In this document: piece after piece, positions 52,321-64,000 of the stretch
How the letters are laid out: the number at the start of each line of letters is the position of its first letter
How positions within the stretch are numbered: the stretch's first letter is position 1
Source: Escherichia coli
Lineage (GTDB): Bacteria; Pseudomonadota; Gammaproteobacteria; Enterobacterales; Enterobacteriaceae
Strand: one strand, 5' to 3'
NCBI RefSeq assembly: GCF_001677475.2
Contig: NZ_CP015229.1
DNA length: 64,000 nucleotides
The notes under the pieces: model-generated
What the model was told of the DNA's origin: nothing
The model's database searches: none
The model's input: the letters and a program-made list of their open reading frames with translations, nothing else
Translations under genes and position numbers: made by a program

Positions 52321-53247
52321 CTATATCTGATACAACGGATCCCCTTCCCGCCCAGCCATTAGCGCATGGCCCTGGTCTCGTACCACGTCCCATAACGCTT
52401 GTGCGGCGGTGGAAAGTGAACGGTTCTTCCTGCGCACCAGCATCAACTGGCGTTCCACCACCGGCGTAATGCGCTTTACCACCAGCGGGCTACCTTCAGG
52501 TAACGGCAGCGCCAGTGCGGGAAGAATACTGATGCCGATGCCTGCGGCTACCATCGGGAACAGCGTCGCCGGATGTCCAATCTCCTGCACAATATTCGCC
52601 TGAATACCATTGCGCGCCAGCGCTGCGTCAATCAGCGGTCGGCTGCCTGACGCGTAATCCTGCAACACCAATTTCGCTCCCTGTAATGCCTGCCAGGGTA
52701 CATAATCTTCCACGGCCAAAGCGCTATCGCGATGGCAAAGCAGAAAGAAAGGCTCGGAAAGAATCGCTTCACATTGCAGATCGCCCACTGGGCCTGGATC
52801 GATGACGATGCCAAAGTCGACATCTCCCTGGCGAATACTTTCCATCACCCACTGCTGCGGACGATCGTGCAGGACAAACTGAATATCTGGATAGCGGCGA
52901 TGGCTTTCAGCAATGCATTGCGGAATAAGATGCGCGGAAATGGTCTGGCTGGCAGCGACGCGAACTTTTCCGCTCAGTTGTTGCCCCATACGCCCGGTAT
53001 CGCGCAACGTACTGTTAAGTTCATCCAGTAGTCGCTCAAGACGCAAAGCCAACTGCTGCCCTGCATCTGTAAGCACCACTTCACGCGTGGTTCTGTCCAG
53101 CAGGCGAACACCAGTATGATTTTCCAGCTCCTTCACACTGTGACTCACTGCCGACTGGCTCAGGCCGATACGCTCTCCTGCACGACTAAAACTTTTCTCC
53201 TGCGCTACTGTGACGAAAACCTTTAATTGTTTTAAAGAATAATTCAT
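52321..53247 (-). CDS. yfeR: LysR-family transcriptional regulator
   Basis: 308-aa ORF with N-terminal LysR HTH ([38 protein letters not shown]). Confidence 0.8.
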   Translation of the reverse strand: MNYSLKQLKVFVTVAQEKSFSRAGERIGLSQSAVSHSVKELENHTGVRLLDRTTREVVLTDAGQQLALRLERLLDELNSTLRDTGRMGQQLSGKVRVAASQTISAHLIPQCIAESHRRYPDIQFVLHDRPQQWVMESIRQGDVDFGIVIDPGPVGDLQCEAILSEPFFLLCHRDSALAVEDYVPWQALQGAKLVLQDYASGSRPLIDAALARNGIQANIVQEIGHPATLFPMVAAGIGISILPALALPLPEGSPLVVKRITPVVERQLMLVRRKNRSLSTAAQALWDVVRDQGHALMAGREGDPLYQI

Positions 53248-53336
53248 CTGTTTTCTTCATGAATGGATGCAATAAATCAATTTTATTTCTCAAACTGGAA
53301 GAAGCACAATAGAACCATCGATCATCTGGAGTCTTT

Positions 53337-54335
53337 ATGAAACTTTTTCGTATCCTCGATCCTTTCACCTTAACCCTGATCACGGTGGTGTTGCTGGCCT
53401 CTTTCTTTCCGGCCAGAGGCGATTTCGTCCCCTTCTTTGAAAATCTGACCACCGCAGCTATTGCCCTGCTGTTCTTTATGCACGGCGCGAAGTTGTCGCG
53501 TGAGGCGATTATTGCTGGCGGTGGTCACTGGCGACTGCATTTGTGGGTAATGTGCAGCACCTTCGTGCTGTTTCCGATTCTGGGTGTACTGTTTGCCTGG
53601 TGGAAACCGGTAAATGTCGACCCGATGCTCTACTCCGGTTTTCTCTACTTGTGCATTCTCCCCGCTACCGTGCAGTCTGCAATCGCCTTCACGTCAATGG
53701 CGGGCGGTAACGTCGCGGCGGCGGTTTGTTCTGCGTCAGCATCCAGCCTGCTGGGGATTTTCCTTTCGCCATTGCTGGTTGGCCTGGTGATGAATGTTCA
53801 CGGTGCAGGGGGCAGCCTTGAACAGGTCGGTAAAATTATGCTGCAACTGCTGCTGCCGTTTGTGTTGGGGCATCTTTCCCGGCCGTGGATTGGTGACTGG
53901 GTGTCGCGCAATAAAAAATGGATTGCGAAAACTGACCAGACGTCCATTCTGTTGGTGGTTTATACAGCGTTCAGCGAAGCCGTCGTTAATGGTATCTGGC
54001 ATAAAGTTGGCTGGGGATCATTGCTGTTTATCGTGGTGGTCAGCTGCGTTCTTCTGGCTATCGTGATTGTAGTTAACGTCTTTATGGCACGCCGACTGGG
54101 CTTCAATAAAGCAGATGAAATTACTATCGTCTTTTGTGGTTCGAAAAAGAGTCTGGCAAATGGCATCCCGATGGCAAACATTCTGTTCCCCACAGCGGTG
54201 ATCGGTATGATGGTGCTGCCCCTGATGATTTTCCATCAGATCCAATTGATGGTCTGTGCGGTGCTGGCGCGTCGATACAAACGCCAGACCGAACAGTTAC
54301 AGGCGCAGCAGAAAAGCCGCGCCAATAAAGCTTAA
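53337..54335 (+). CDS. yfeH: Bile acid:sodium symporter (BASS) family membrane protein
   Basis: 332-aa polytopic ORF. Confidence 0.8.
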   Translation: MKLFRILDPFTLTLITVVLLASFFPARGDFVPFFENLTTAAIALLFFMHGAKLSREAIIAGGGHWRLHLWVMCSTFVLFPILGVLFAWWKPVNVDPMLYSGFLYLCILPATVQSAIAFTSMAGGNVAAAVCSASASSLLGIFLSPLLVGLVMNVHGAGGSLEQVGKIMLQLLLPFVLGHLSRPWIGDWVSRNKKWIAKTDQTSILLVVYTAFSEAVVNGIWHKVGWGSLLFIVVVSCVLLAIVIVVNVFMARRLGFNKADEITIVFCGSKKSLANGIPMANILFPTAVIGMMVLPLMIFHQIQLMVCAVLARRYKRQTEQLQAQQKSRANKA

Positions 54336-54550
54336 AGCGGACGCTTCAGGGGCTGGACCAGTTGCGTCAGCCCCTCAGTTTTAATCAGCAGCGTGATTTG
54401 CATTAGCTCACCGAGCTTCCCTGCCGGGAACTCATCTTTGCGGGCAAACCACAGAAGATACTCCTCCGGCAGGTCGATTAAGCGACGCCCTTTGTATTTG
54501 CCAAACGGCATTATCGTATTGGCTATTTCAATCAGCTGCTCTTTTTCCAT
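54332..54550 (-). CDS. ypeB: Small DUF3820-type protein
   Basis: Start placed at MEKEQLIEIANTIMPFGKYKGRRLIDLPEEYLLWF (72 aa); track ORF is 5'-extended into ligA 3' end. Confidence 0.7.
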   Translation of the reverse strand: MEKEQLIEIANTIMPFGKYKGRRLIDLPEEYLLWFARKDEFPAGKLGELMQITLLIKTEGLTQLVQPLKRPL

Positions 54551-54551
54551 C

Positions 54552-56576
<2,025 letters not shown>

Positions 56577-56637
56577 TCAATGCTAAAAACCCCCGACAAG
56601 CGGGGGTTCGAAGAGGAGTTAATTTGCCTTAAGTGTA

Positions 56638-57636
56638 TCAGGCGTTGGCGTCTTTGACTTCGCGGATGATGTCCTGGTACTCGCGCAATTTCTGCGGAGT
56701 CATCATACGGCGCTGATCGTCAAGCACTACACCGCCCACTTCATCGGCAATATGCTGCGCAGATTGCAGCATCAGCTTGAAGTTCTGCAGCTCGTCACCG
56801 TAAGACGGTACCTGCATAAAGATAGTGACACCCGGAGTAGTGAAATCCTTCATTTCAGGATCAAAGGTTCCCGGTTTCACCATATTCGCCAGGCTAAATA
56901 ACGCCGGGCCGCTGCCATCCGGGCTAAGATGACGATGGTAAATATTCATATCGCCAAAAATGAAGCCCGCTTGTTGAATGCTGTTAAGAAGCAGTTCACC
57001 GTTTAGCTCGCTACCGTGATGCGCCGCGACGTTCATGATAATCACCGCTTCTTTGCGCTTCGGTTTATCCATAACTGGAGCCGGTTCCGCTACAGGCTCA
57101 GGCTGTGGTGCCGCTACAGGCTCTGCAGGCTGGAAAGCCTGTTGTGCCGGTTGCGGTGCTGAATGCACTGGCTGCGGCGCTGATGCGACCTGTGGCGAAA
57201 CTGGCTGCTGCAACGGCTGTTCAGGCTGCGGCTGATAGGCAGGCTGCTGCACGGGTTGCTGCACCGGCTGCGCTGGACGCGGAGCATGTTGCGGCGGTAC
57301 CTGCGCTTCAGGCGGCTGCTGGACCGGTTGACGCGGCTGTGCAGACGCATAAGGCGGTTGGTACTGGTGTTGCGGCGACGGACGAGCAGCCTCATGCTCC
57401 TGGGCGTTAGCCGGGGCATGATTCACGCGGTGAACACGAACCTCACCAACGCCCTCATCATCTTCGACATCCTCGTCATAAGAATCGTCGTCACGTTTTG
57501 ACTTCATTCGTTTTAATGGCCGATCGCGGAACATAGAAGATCGTTCTTTACGGCTGGTCCAGAAACCATGTACCAGTAAAGCGATTATGGCGATCGCGCC
57601 AACAATGATTAATATCAGACGCAAATCCTGCATCAT
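56638..57636 (-). CDS. zipA: Cell division protein ZipA (FtsZ membrane anchor)
   Basis: Start placed at [21 protein letters not shown]; N-terminal TM, P/Q-rich linker, C-terminal FtsZ-binding domain. Confidence 0.9.
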
Positions 57637-57865
57637 TATATTCTCTGTTGTTCTAACACCTTGCCACCACGGCAAACATTTACTCACTAAGAGTATTTGC
57701 CGATTACCTCAAGTGCAAGTGCACTATTAACTTTCACAGCACAAAGATAGATGAAATCGTGCTTTTTGCTGTTTTTTCGAACATATCCTAACTGTCCATT
57801 GCGCAATTACCCGGTAAAATACGCAGAATTTTCCTGGGATTGGTCAAAAGGAGCTCATCCTGATT

Positions 57866-58627
57866 ATGGTTTCATCATTCACATCTGCCCCACGCAGCGG
57901 TTTTTACTATTTTGCGCAAGGCTGGAAGCTCGTCTCGCAACCTGGGATTCGGCGTTTCGTTATTTTACCGCTGCTGGTCAATATTTTGTTGATGGGGGGC
58001 GCATTCTGGTGGCTCTTTACGCAACTCGATGTCTGGATCCCGACTCTCATGAGTTATGTTCCGGACTGGTTACAATGGCTGAGCTATCTGTTGTGGCCTC
58101 TGGCTGTCATCTCTGTGCTGTTAGTGTTTGGCTATTTCTTCTCAACGATTGCTAACTGGATTGCCGCTCCGTTCAATGGTTTATTGGCTGAACAACTGGA
58201 AGCACGATTGACTGGCGCTACACCGCCAGATACCGGGATTTTCGGTATCATGAAAGATGTGCCGCGAATCATGAAACGCGAATGGCAAAAATTTGCCTGG
58301 TATCTGCCGCGCGCAATTGTATTGCTAATTCTTTACTTCATCCCTGGTATTGGGCAAACCGTCGCGCCGGTACTGTGGTTCCTGTTTAGCGCCTGGATGT
58401 TAGCCATCCAGTATTGCGATTACCCCTTCGATAACCACAAAGTGCCGTTTAAAGAGATGCGCACCGCCCTGCGCACACGCAAAATCACCAATATGCAGTT
58501 TGGTGCTTTAACCAGTCTGTTTACGATGATCCCTCTGCTTAATCTGTTCATCATGCCCGTTGCCGTTTGTGGTGCGACGGCGATGTGGGTCGATTGCTAT
58601 CGCGATAAACACGCGATGTGGCGGTAA
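57866..58627 (+). CDS. cysZ: Sulfate transporter CysZ
   Basis: 253-aa polytopic membrane ORF. Confidence 0.9.
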
Positions 58628-58811
58628 CAATCTACCGGTTATTTTGTAAACCGCTTGTGTGAAACAGGGGTGGCTTATGCCGCCCCTTATTCCATCTTGC
58701 ATGTCATTATTTCCCTTCTGCATATAGATATGCTAAATCCTTACTTCCGCATATTCTCTGAGCGGGTATGCTACCTGTTGTATCCCAATTTCATACAGTT
58801 AAGGACAGGCC

Positions 58812-59783
58812 ATGAGTAAGATTTTTGAAGATAACTCGCTGACTATCGGTCACACGCCGCTAGTTCGCCTGAATCGCATCGGTAACGGACGCATTCTGGC
58901 GAAGGTGGAATCTCGTAACCCCAGCTTCAGCGTTAAGTGCCGTATCGGTGCCAACATGATTTGGGATGCCGAAAAACGCGGCGTGCTGAAACCAGGCGTT
59001 GAACTGGTTGAACCAACCAGCGGTAATACCGGGATTGCACTGGCCTATGTCGCTGCCGCTCGCGGTTACAAACTTACCCTGACCATGCCAGAAACCATGA
59101 GTATTGAACGCCGCAAGCTGCTGAAAGCGTTAGGTGCAAACCTGGTGCTGACCGAAGGTGCTAAAGGCATGAAAGGCGCAATCCAAAAAGCAGAAGAAAT
59201 TGTCGCCAGCAATCCAGATAAATACCTTCTGCTGCAACAATTCAGCAATCCGGCAAACCCTGAAATTCACGAAAAAACCACCGGTCCGGAGATCTGGGAA
59301 GATACCGACGGTCAGGTTGATGTATTTATTGCTGGCGTTGGCACTGGCGGTACGCTGACCGGCGTCAGCCGCTACATTAAAGGCACCAAAGGCAAGACCG
59401 ATCTTATCTCTGTCGCCGTTGAGCCAACCGATTCTCCAGTTATCGCCCAGGCACTGGCTGGTGAAGAGATTAAACCTGGCCCGCATAAAATTCAGGGTAT
59501 TGGCGCTGGTTTTATCCCGGCTAACCTCGATCTCAAGCTGGTCGATAAAGTCATTGGCATCACCAATGAAGAAGCGATTTCTACCGCGCGTCGTCTGATG
59601 GAAGAAGAAGGTATTCTTGCAGGTATCTCTTCTGGAGCAGCTGTTGCTGCGGCGTTGAAACTACAAGAAGATGAAAGCTTTACCAACAAGAATATTGTGG
59701 TTATTCTACCATCATCGGGTGAGCGTTATTTAAGCACCGCATTGTTTGCCGATCTCTTCACTGAGAAAGAATTGCAACAGTAA
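58812..59783 (+). CDS. cysK: Cysteine synthase A (O-acetylserine sulfhydrylase)
   Basis: 323-aa ORF with PLP-lysine motif (SVKCRIG) and GTGGT loop. Confidence 0.95.
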   Translation: MSKIFEDNSLTIGHTPLVRLNRIGNGRILAKVESRNPSFSVKCRIGANMIWDAEKRGVLKPGVELVEPTSGNTGIALAYVAAARGYKLTLTMPETMSIERRKLLKALGANLVLTEGAKGMKGAIQKAEEIVASNPDKYLLLQQFSNPANPEIHEKTTGPEIWEDTDGQVDVFIAGVGTGGTLTGVSRYIKGTKGKTDLISVAVEPTDSPVIAQALAGEEIKPGPHKIQGIGAGFIPANLDLKLVDKVIGITNEEAISTARRLMEEEGILAGISSGAAVAAALKLQEDESFTNKNIVVILPSSGERYLSTALFADLFTEKELQQ

Positions 59784-59804
59784 TGCCAGCTTGTTAAAAA
59801 TGCG

Positions 59805-59832
59805 TAAAAAAGCACCTTTTCAGGTGCTTTTT
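59805..59832 (+). terminator. Intrinsic terminator after cysK (AAAAAAGCACC-TTTTCA-GGTGCTTTTTTG)
   Basis: Perfect stem followed by T-run. Confidence 0.7.
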
Positions 59833-60166
59833 TGTGGCCTGCTTCAAACTTTCGCCCCTCCTGGCATTGATTCAGCCTGTCGGAACTGGTATTTAACCAG
59901 ACTAATTATTTTGATGCGCGAAATTAATCGTTACAGGAAAAGCCAAAGCTGAATCGATTTTATGATTTGGTTCAATTCTTCCTTTAGCGGCATAATGTTT
60001 AATGACGTACGAAACGTCAGCGGTCAACACCCGCCAGCAATGGACTGTATTGCGCTCTTCGTGCGTCGCGTCTGTTAAAAACTGGCGCGAACAATACAGG
60101 CTAAAGTCGAACCGCCAGGCTAGACTTTAGTTCCACAACACTAAACCTATAAGTTGGGGAAATACA

Positions 60167-60424
60167 ATGTTCCAGCAAGAAGTTACCATTACCGCTCCGA
60201 ACGGTCTGCACACCCGCCCTGCTGCCCAGTTTGTAAAAGAAGCTAAGGGCTTCACTTCTGAAATTACTGTGACTTCCAACGGCAAAACCGCCAGCGCGAA
60301 AAGCCTGTTTAAACTGCAGACTCTGGGCCTGACTCAAGGTACCGTTGTGACTATCTCCGCAGAAGGCGAAGACGAGCAGAAAGCGGTTGAACATCTGGTT
60401 AAACTGATGGCGGAACTCGAGTAA
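60167..60424 (+). CDS. ptsH: PTS phosphocarrier protein HPr
   Basis: 85-aa [23 protein letters not shown]..., active-site His15 context. Confidence 0.95.
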   Translation: MFQQEVTITAPNGLHTRPAAQFVKEAKGFTSEITVTSNGKTASAKSLFKLQTLGLTQGTVVTISAEGEDEQKAVEHLVKLMAELE

Positions 60425-60468
60425 TTTCCCGGGTTCTTTTAAAAATCAGTCACAAGTAAGGTAGGGTT

Positions 60469-62196
60469 ATGATTTCAGGCATTTTAGCATCCCCGGGTAT
60501 CGCTTTCGGTAAAGCTCTGCTTCTGAAAGAAGACGAAATTGTCATTGACCGGAAAAAAATTTCTGCCGACCAGGTTGATCAGGAAGTTGAACGTTTTCTG
60601 AGCGGTCGTGCCAAGGCATCAGCCCAGCTGGAAACGATCAAAACGAAAGCTGGTGAAACGTTCGGTGAAGAAAAAGAAGCCATCTTTGAAGGGCATATTA
60701 TGCTGCTCGAAGATGAGGAGCTGGAGCAGGAAATCATAGCCCTGATTAAAGATAAGCACATGACAGCTGACGCAGCTGCTCATGAAGTTATCGAAGGTCA
60801 GGCTTCTGCCCTGGAAGAGCTGGATGATGAATACCTGAAAGAACGTGCGGCTGACGTACGTGATATCGGTAAGCGCCTGCTGCGCAACATCCTGGGCCTG
60901 AAGATTATCGACCTGAGCGCCATCCAGGATGAAGTCATTCTGGTTGCCGCTGACCTGACGCCGTCCGAAACCGCACAGCTGAACCTGAAGAAGGTGCTGG
61001 GTTTCATCACCGACGCGGGTGGCCGTACTTCCCACACCTCTATCATGGCGCGTTCTCTGGAACTACCTGCTATCGTGGGTACCGGTAGCGTCACCTCTCA
61101 GGTGAAAAATGACGACTATCTGATTCTGGATGCCGTAAATAATCAGGTTTACGTCAATCCAACCAACGAAGTTATTGATAAAATGCGCGCTGTTCAGGAG
61201 CAAGTGGCTTCTGAAAAAGCAGAGCTTGCTAAACTGAAAGATCTGCCAGCTATTACGCTGGACGGTCACCAGGTAGAAGTATGCGCTAACATTGGTACGG
61301 TTCGTGACGTTGAAGGTGCAGAGCGTAACGGCGCTGAAGGCGTTGGTCTGTATCGTACTGAGTTCCTGTTCATGGACCGCGACGCGCTGCCCACTGAAGA
61401 AGAACAGTTTGCTGCTTACAAAGCAGTGGCTGAAGCGTGTGGCTCGCAGGCGGTTATCGTTCGTACCATGGACATCGGCGGCGACAAAGAGCTGCCATAC
61501 ATGAACTTCCCGAAAGAAGAGAACCCGTTCCTCGGCTGGCGCGCTATCCGTATCGCGATGGATCGTAAAGAGATCCTGCGCGATCAGCTCCGCGCTATCC
61601 TGCGTGCCTCGGCTTTCGGTAAATTGCGCATTATGTTCCCGATGATCATCTCTGTTGAAGAAGTGCGTGCACTGCGCAAAGAGATCGAAATCTACAAACA
61701 GGAACTGCGCGACGAAGGTAAAGCGTTTGACGAGTCAATTGAAATCGGCGTAATGGTGGAAACACCGGCTGCCGCAACAATTGCACGTCATTTAGCCAAA
61801 GAAGTTGATTTCTTTAGTATCGGCACCAATGATTTAACGCAGTACACTCTGGCAGTTGACCGTGGTAATGATATGATTTCACACCTTTACCAGCCAATGT
61901 CACCGTCCGTGCTGAACTTGATCAAGCAAGTTATTGATGCTTCTCATGCTGAAGGCAAATGGACTGGCATGTGTGGTGAGCTTGCTGGCGATGAACGTGC
62001 TACACTTCTGTTGCTGGGGATGGGTCTGGACGAATTCTCTATGAGCGCCATTTCTATCCCGCGCATTAAGAAGATTATCCGTAACACGAACTTCGAAGAT
62101 GCGAAGGTGTTAGCAGAGCAGGCTCTTGCTCAACCGACAACGGACGAGTTAATGACGCTGGTTAACAAGTTCATTGAAGAAAAAACAATCTGCTAA
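60469..62196 (+). CDS. ptsI: PTS enzyme I (phosphoenolpyruvate-protein phosphotransferase)
   Basis: 575-aa ORF with [21 protein letters not shown] phospho-His region. Confidence 0.95.
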   Translation: MISGILASPGIAFGKALLLKEDEIVIDRKKISADQVDQEVERFLSGRAKASAQLETIKTKAGETFGEEKEAIFEGHIMLLEDEELEQEIIALIKDKHMTADAAAHEVIEGQASALEELDDEYLKERAADVRDIGKRLLRNILGLKIIDLSAIQDEVILVAADLTPSETAQLNLKKVLGFITDAGGRTSHTSIMARSLELPAIVGTGSVTSQVKNDDYLILDAVNNQVYVNPTNEVIDKMRAVQEQVASEKAELAKLKDLPAITLDGHQVEVCANIGTVRDVEGAERNGAEGVGLYRTEFLFMDRDALPTEEEQFAAYKAVAEACGSQAVIVRTMDIGGDKELPYMNFPKEENPFLGWRAIRIAMDRKEILRDQLRAILRASAFGKLRIMFPMIISVEEVRALRKEIEIYKQELRDEGKAFDESIEIGVMVETPAAATIARHLAKEVDFFSIGTNDLTQYTLAVDRGNDMISHLYQPMSPSVLNLIKQVIDASHAEGKWTGMCGELAGDERATLLLLGMGLDEFSMSAISIPRIKKIIRNTNFEDAKVLAEQALAQPTTDELMTLVNKFIEEKTIC

Positions 62197-62236
62197 TCCA
62201 CGAGATGCGGCCCAATTTACTGCTTAGGAGAAGATC

Positions 62237-62746
62237 ATGGGTTTGTTCGATAAACTGAAATCTCTGGTTTCCGACGACAAGAAGGATACCGGAACTATTG
62301 AGATCATTGCTCCGCTCTCTGGCGAGATCGTCAATATCGAAGACGTGCCGGATGTCGTTTTTGCGGAAAAAATCGTTGGTGATGGCATTGCTATCAAACC
62401 AACTGGAAACAAAATGGTCGCGCCTGTAGACGGCACCATTGGTAAAATCTTTGAAACCAACCACGCGTTCTCTATCGAATCTGATAGCGGCGTTGAACTG
62501 TTCGTCCACTTCGGTATCGACACCGTTGAACTGAAAGGCGAAGGCTTCAAGCGTATTGCTGAAGAAGGTCAGCGCGTGAAAGTTGGCGATACTGTCATTG
62601 AATTCGATCTGCCGCTGCTGGAAGAGAAAGCCAAGTCTACCCTGACTCCGGTTGTTATCTCCAACATGGACGAAATCAAAGAACTGATCAAACTGTCCGG
62701 TAGCGTGACTGTGGGTGAAACCCCGGTTATCCGCATCAAGAAGTAA
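62237..62746 (+). CDS. crr: PTS glucose-specific EIIA (EIIA-Glc)
   Basis: 169-aa [39 protein letters not shown]... Confidence 0.95.
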
Positions 62747-62769
62747 TTCTTGCCGCAGTGAAAAATGGC

Positions 62770-62798
62770 GCCCATCGGCGCCATTTTTTATGCTTCCG
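62770..62798. terminator. Bidirectional terminator between crr and convergent pdxK (AAAAATGGCGCC-CATC-GGCGCCATTTTTT)
   Basis: Perfect stem with A/T flanks; overlaps pdxK stop codon. Confidence 0.7.
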
Positions 62799-63639
62799 CC
62801 AGCGGCGGCAAAATCAATTCATCGCTCTCATGCTGCTGGGTATAGCGCATCACCTCCAGCACACGTAATCCCGCGCTATGTACCGCGTCAGTTAATTCCT
62901 TACCTTTCAACAAGCCACTGATAAGCTGAGCACAAAACAGGTCGCCAGTCCCTTTCAGGTCAGTTTTAACCCGTGAATGGGAAATGACATTCACGCTGTC
63001 GGCACTGACCACCACCACCTGCATCTCCTGATTTTCTTCATTACCGGAGACGCTGGTAATCACCACCCATTTTAATGTGTCTGAAAGCAGACTTTTTGCG
63101 GCAGCAATGGCACTGTCGAGATCGCGGCAATTTTTACCGGTCAGGATTTCCAGCTCAAAAATATTGGGGGTAATTCCCTGCGCCAGCGGCAGTAAATATT
63201 GTCGATACGCCTCGGGAAGGTCAGGTTTGACATAAATTCCGCTATCAATATCGCCAATCACTGGATCGACCATGATCAATAGGTCAGGATGATCTTTGCG
63301 TAGTGCAGTCAGCCACTCGGCAAGGATTTTGATTTGCGATGCCGTTCCCATATAGCCCGTGGTTACAGCACGAAGTTGGCGCAACGCATCACGCTCCTGA
63401 AGCGCACGCAAATAGCCGCTAAACCATTCGTCCGGAATCGCACCACCGTAGAAAGTGTCATAATGCGGTGTATTGCTCAGCAATACAGTCGGCACGGCAA
63501 AGACATTCAAGCCGTTCTGTTTTATAGCAGGCACCGCAATGCTGTTGCCTACGCTGCCGTACACTACCTGCGACTGCACGGCGACGATATCCGCCTGCAA
63601 TGCCCTGCTCTTATCGTTAAACAACAACAAACTACTCAT
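62788..63639 (-). CDS. pdxK: Pyridoxal/pyridoxine/pyridoxamine kinase
   Basis: 283-aa ribokinase-superfamily ORF. Confidence 0.85.
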   Translation of the reverse strand: MSSLLLFNDKSRALQADIVAVQSQVVYGSVGNSIAVPAIKQNGLNVFAVPTVLLSNTPHYDTFYGGAIPDEWFSGYLRALQERDALRQLRAVTTGYMGTASQIKILAEWLTALRKDHPDLLIMVDPVIGDIDSGIYVKPDLPEAYRQYLLPLAQGITPNIFELEILTGKNCRDLDSAIAAAKSLLSDTLKWVVITSVSGNEENQEMQVVVVSADSVNVISHSRVKTDLKGTGDLFCAQLISGLLKGKELTDAVHSAGLRVLEVMRYTQQHESDELILPPLAEA

Positions 63640-63652
63640 TTAATTTTTTCTC

Positions 63653-64000
<348 letters not shown>

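Noticed and set aside
57035-57501. Several overlapping 66-101-aa ORFs on both strands with Ala/Gln/Arg-rich repeats, superficially like a tandem-repeat or low-complexity element
   Set aside because: All lie inside the zipA P/Q-rich linker coding region; the repetitiveness reflects codon reiteration for the ZipA linker.

Overview
This window reads as a contiguous stretch of Escherichia coli chromosome (the mlaA-yfdC-argW ... cysK-ptsHI-crr-pdxK region), and essentially every long ORF has a confident assignment by protein-sequence recognition. I found no evidence of a previously undescribed biological system: no unexplained multi-gene block, CRISPR array, or gene cluster of unknown function. 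All assignments rest on reading the sequence and recalled knowledge; no database search was run. Gene order, left to right: mlaA' (partial), yfdC, tRNA-Arg argW, the csc sucrose-catabolism island (cscB, cscK, cscA, cscR) sitting where dsdC-dsdX would be, a dsdX 3' remnant, dsdA, emrYK, evgAS, the oxalate/formyl-CoA operon (yfdX-frc-oxc-yfdV-yfdE), ypdI, yfdY, lpxP, ypdK, alaC, ypdABC, the fry PTS operon (fryA-ypdE-ypdF-fryC-fryB), glk, yfeO, ypeC, mntH, nupC, pdeA (yfeA), tRNA-Ala, yfeC, yfeD, gltX, two tRNA-Val plus tRNA-Lys, xapRBA, yfeN, yfeR, yfeH, ypeB, ligA, zipA, cysZ, cysK, ptsH-ptsI-crr, pdxK and the start of yfeK. The most notable points are strain-level: (1) the csc island next to argW with dsdCX lost; (2) fryA split by an apparent 1-bp frameshift in a homopolymer; (3) no prophage at argW and no IS element between nupC and pdeA, both differing from K-12 as I recall it; (4) fewer tandem tRNA copies than K-12; (5) several palindromic regulatory motifs (EvgA boxes, twin csc operators, MntR/Fur boxes); (6) a short unannotated hydrophobic ORF between xapB and xapR.
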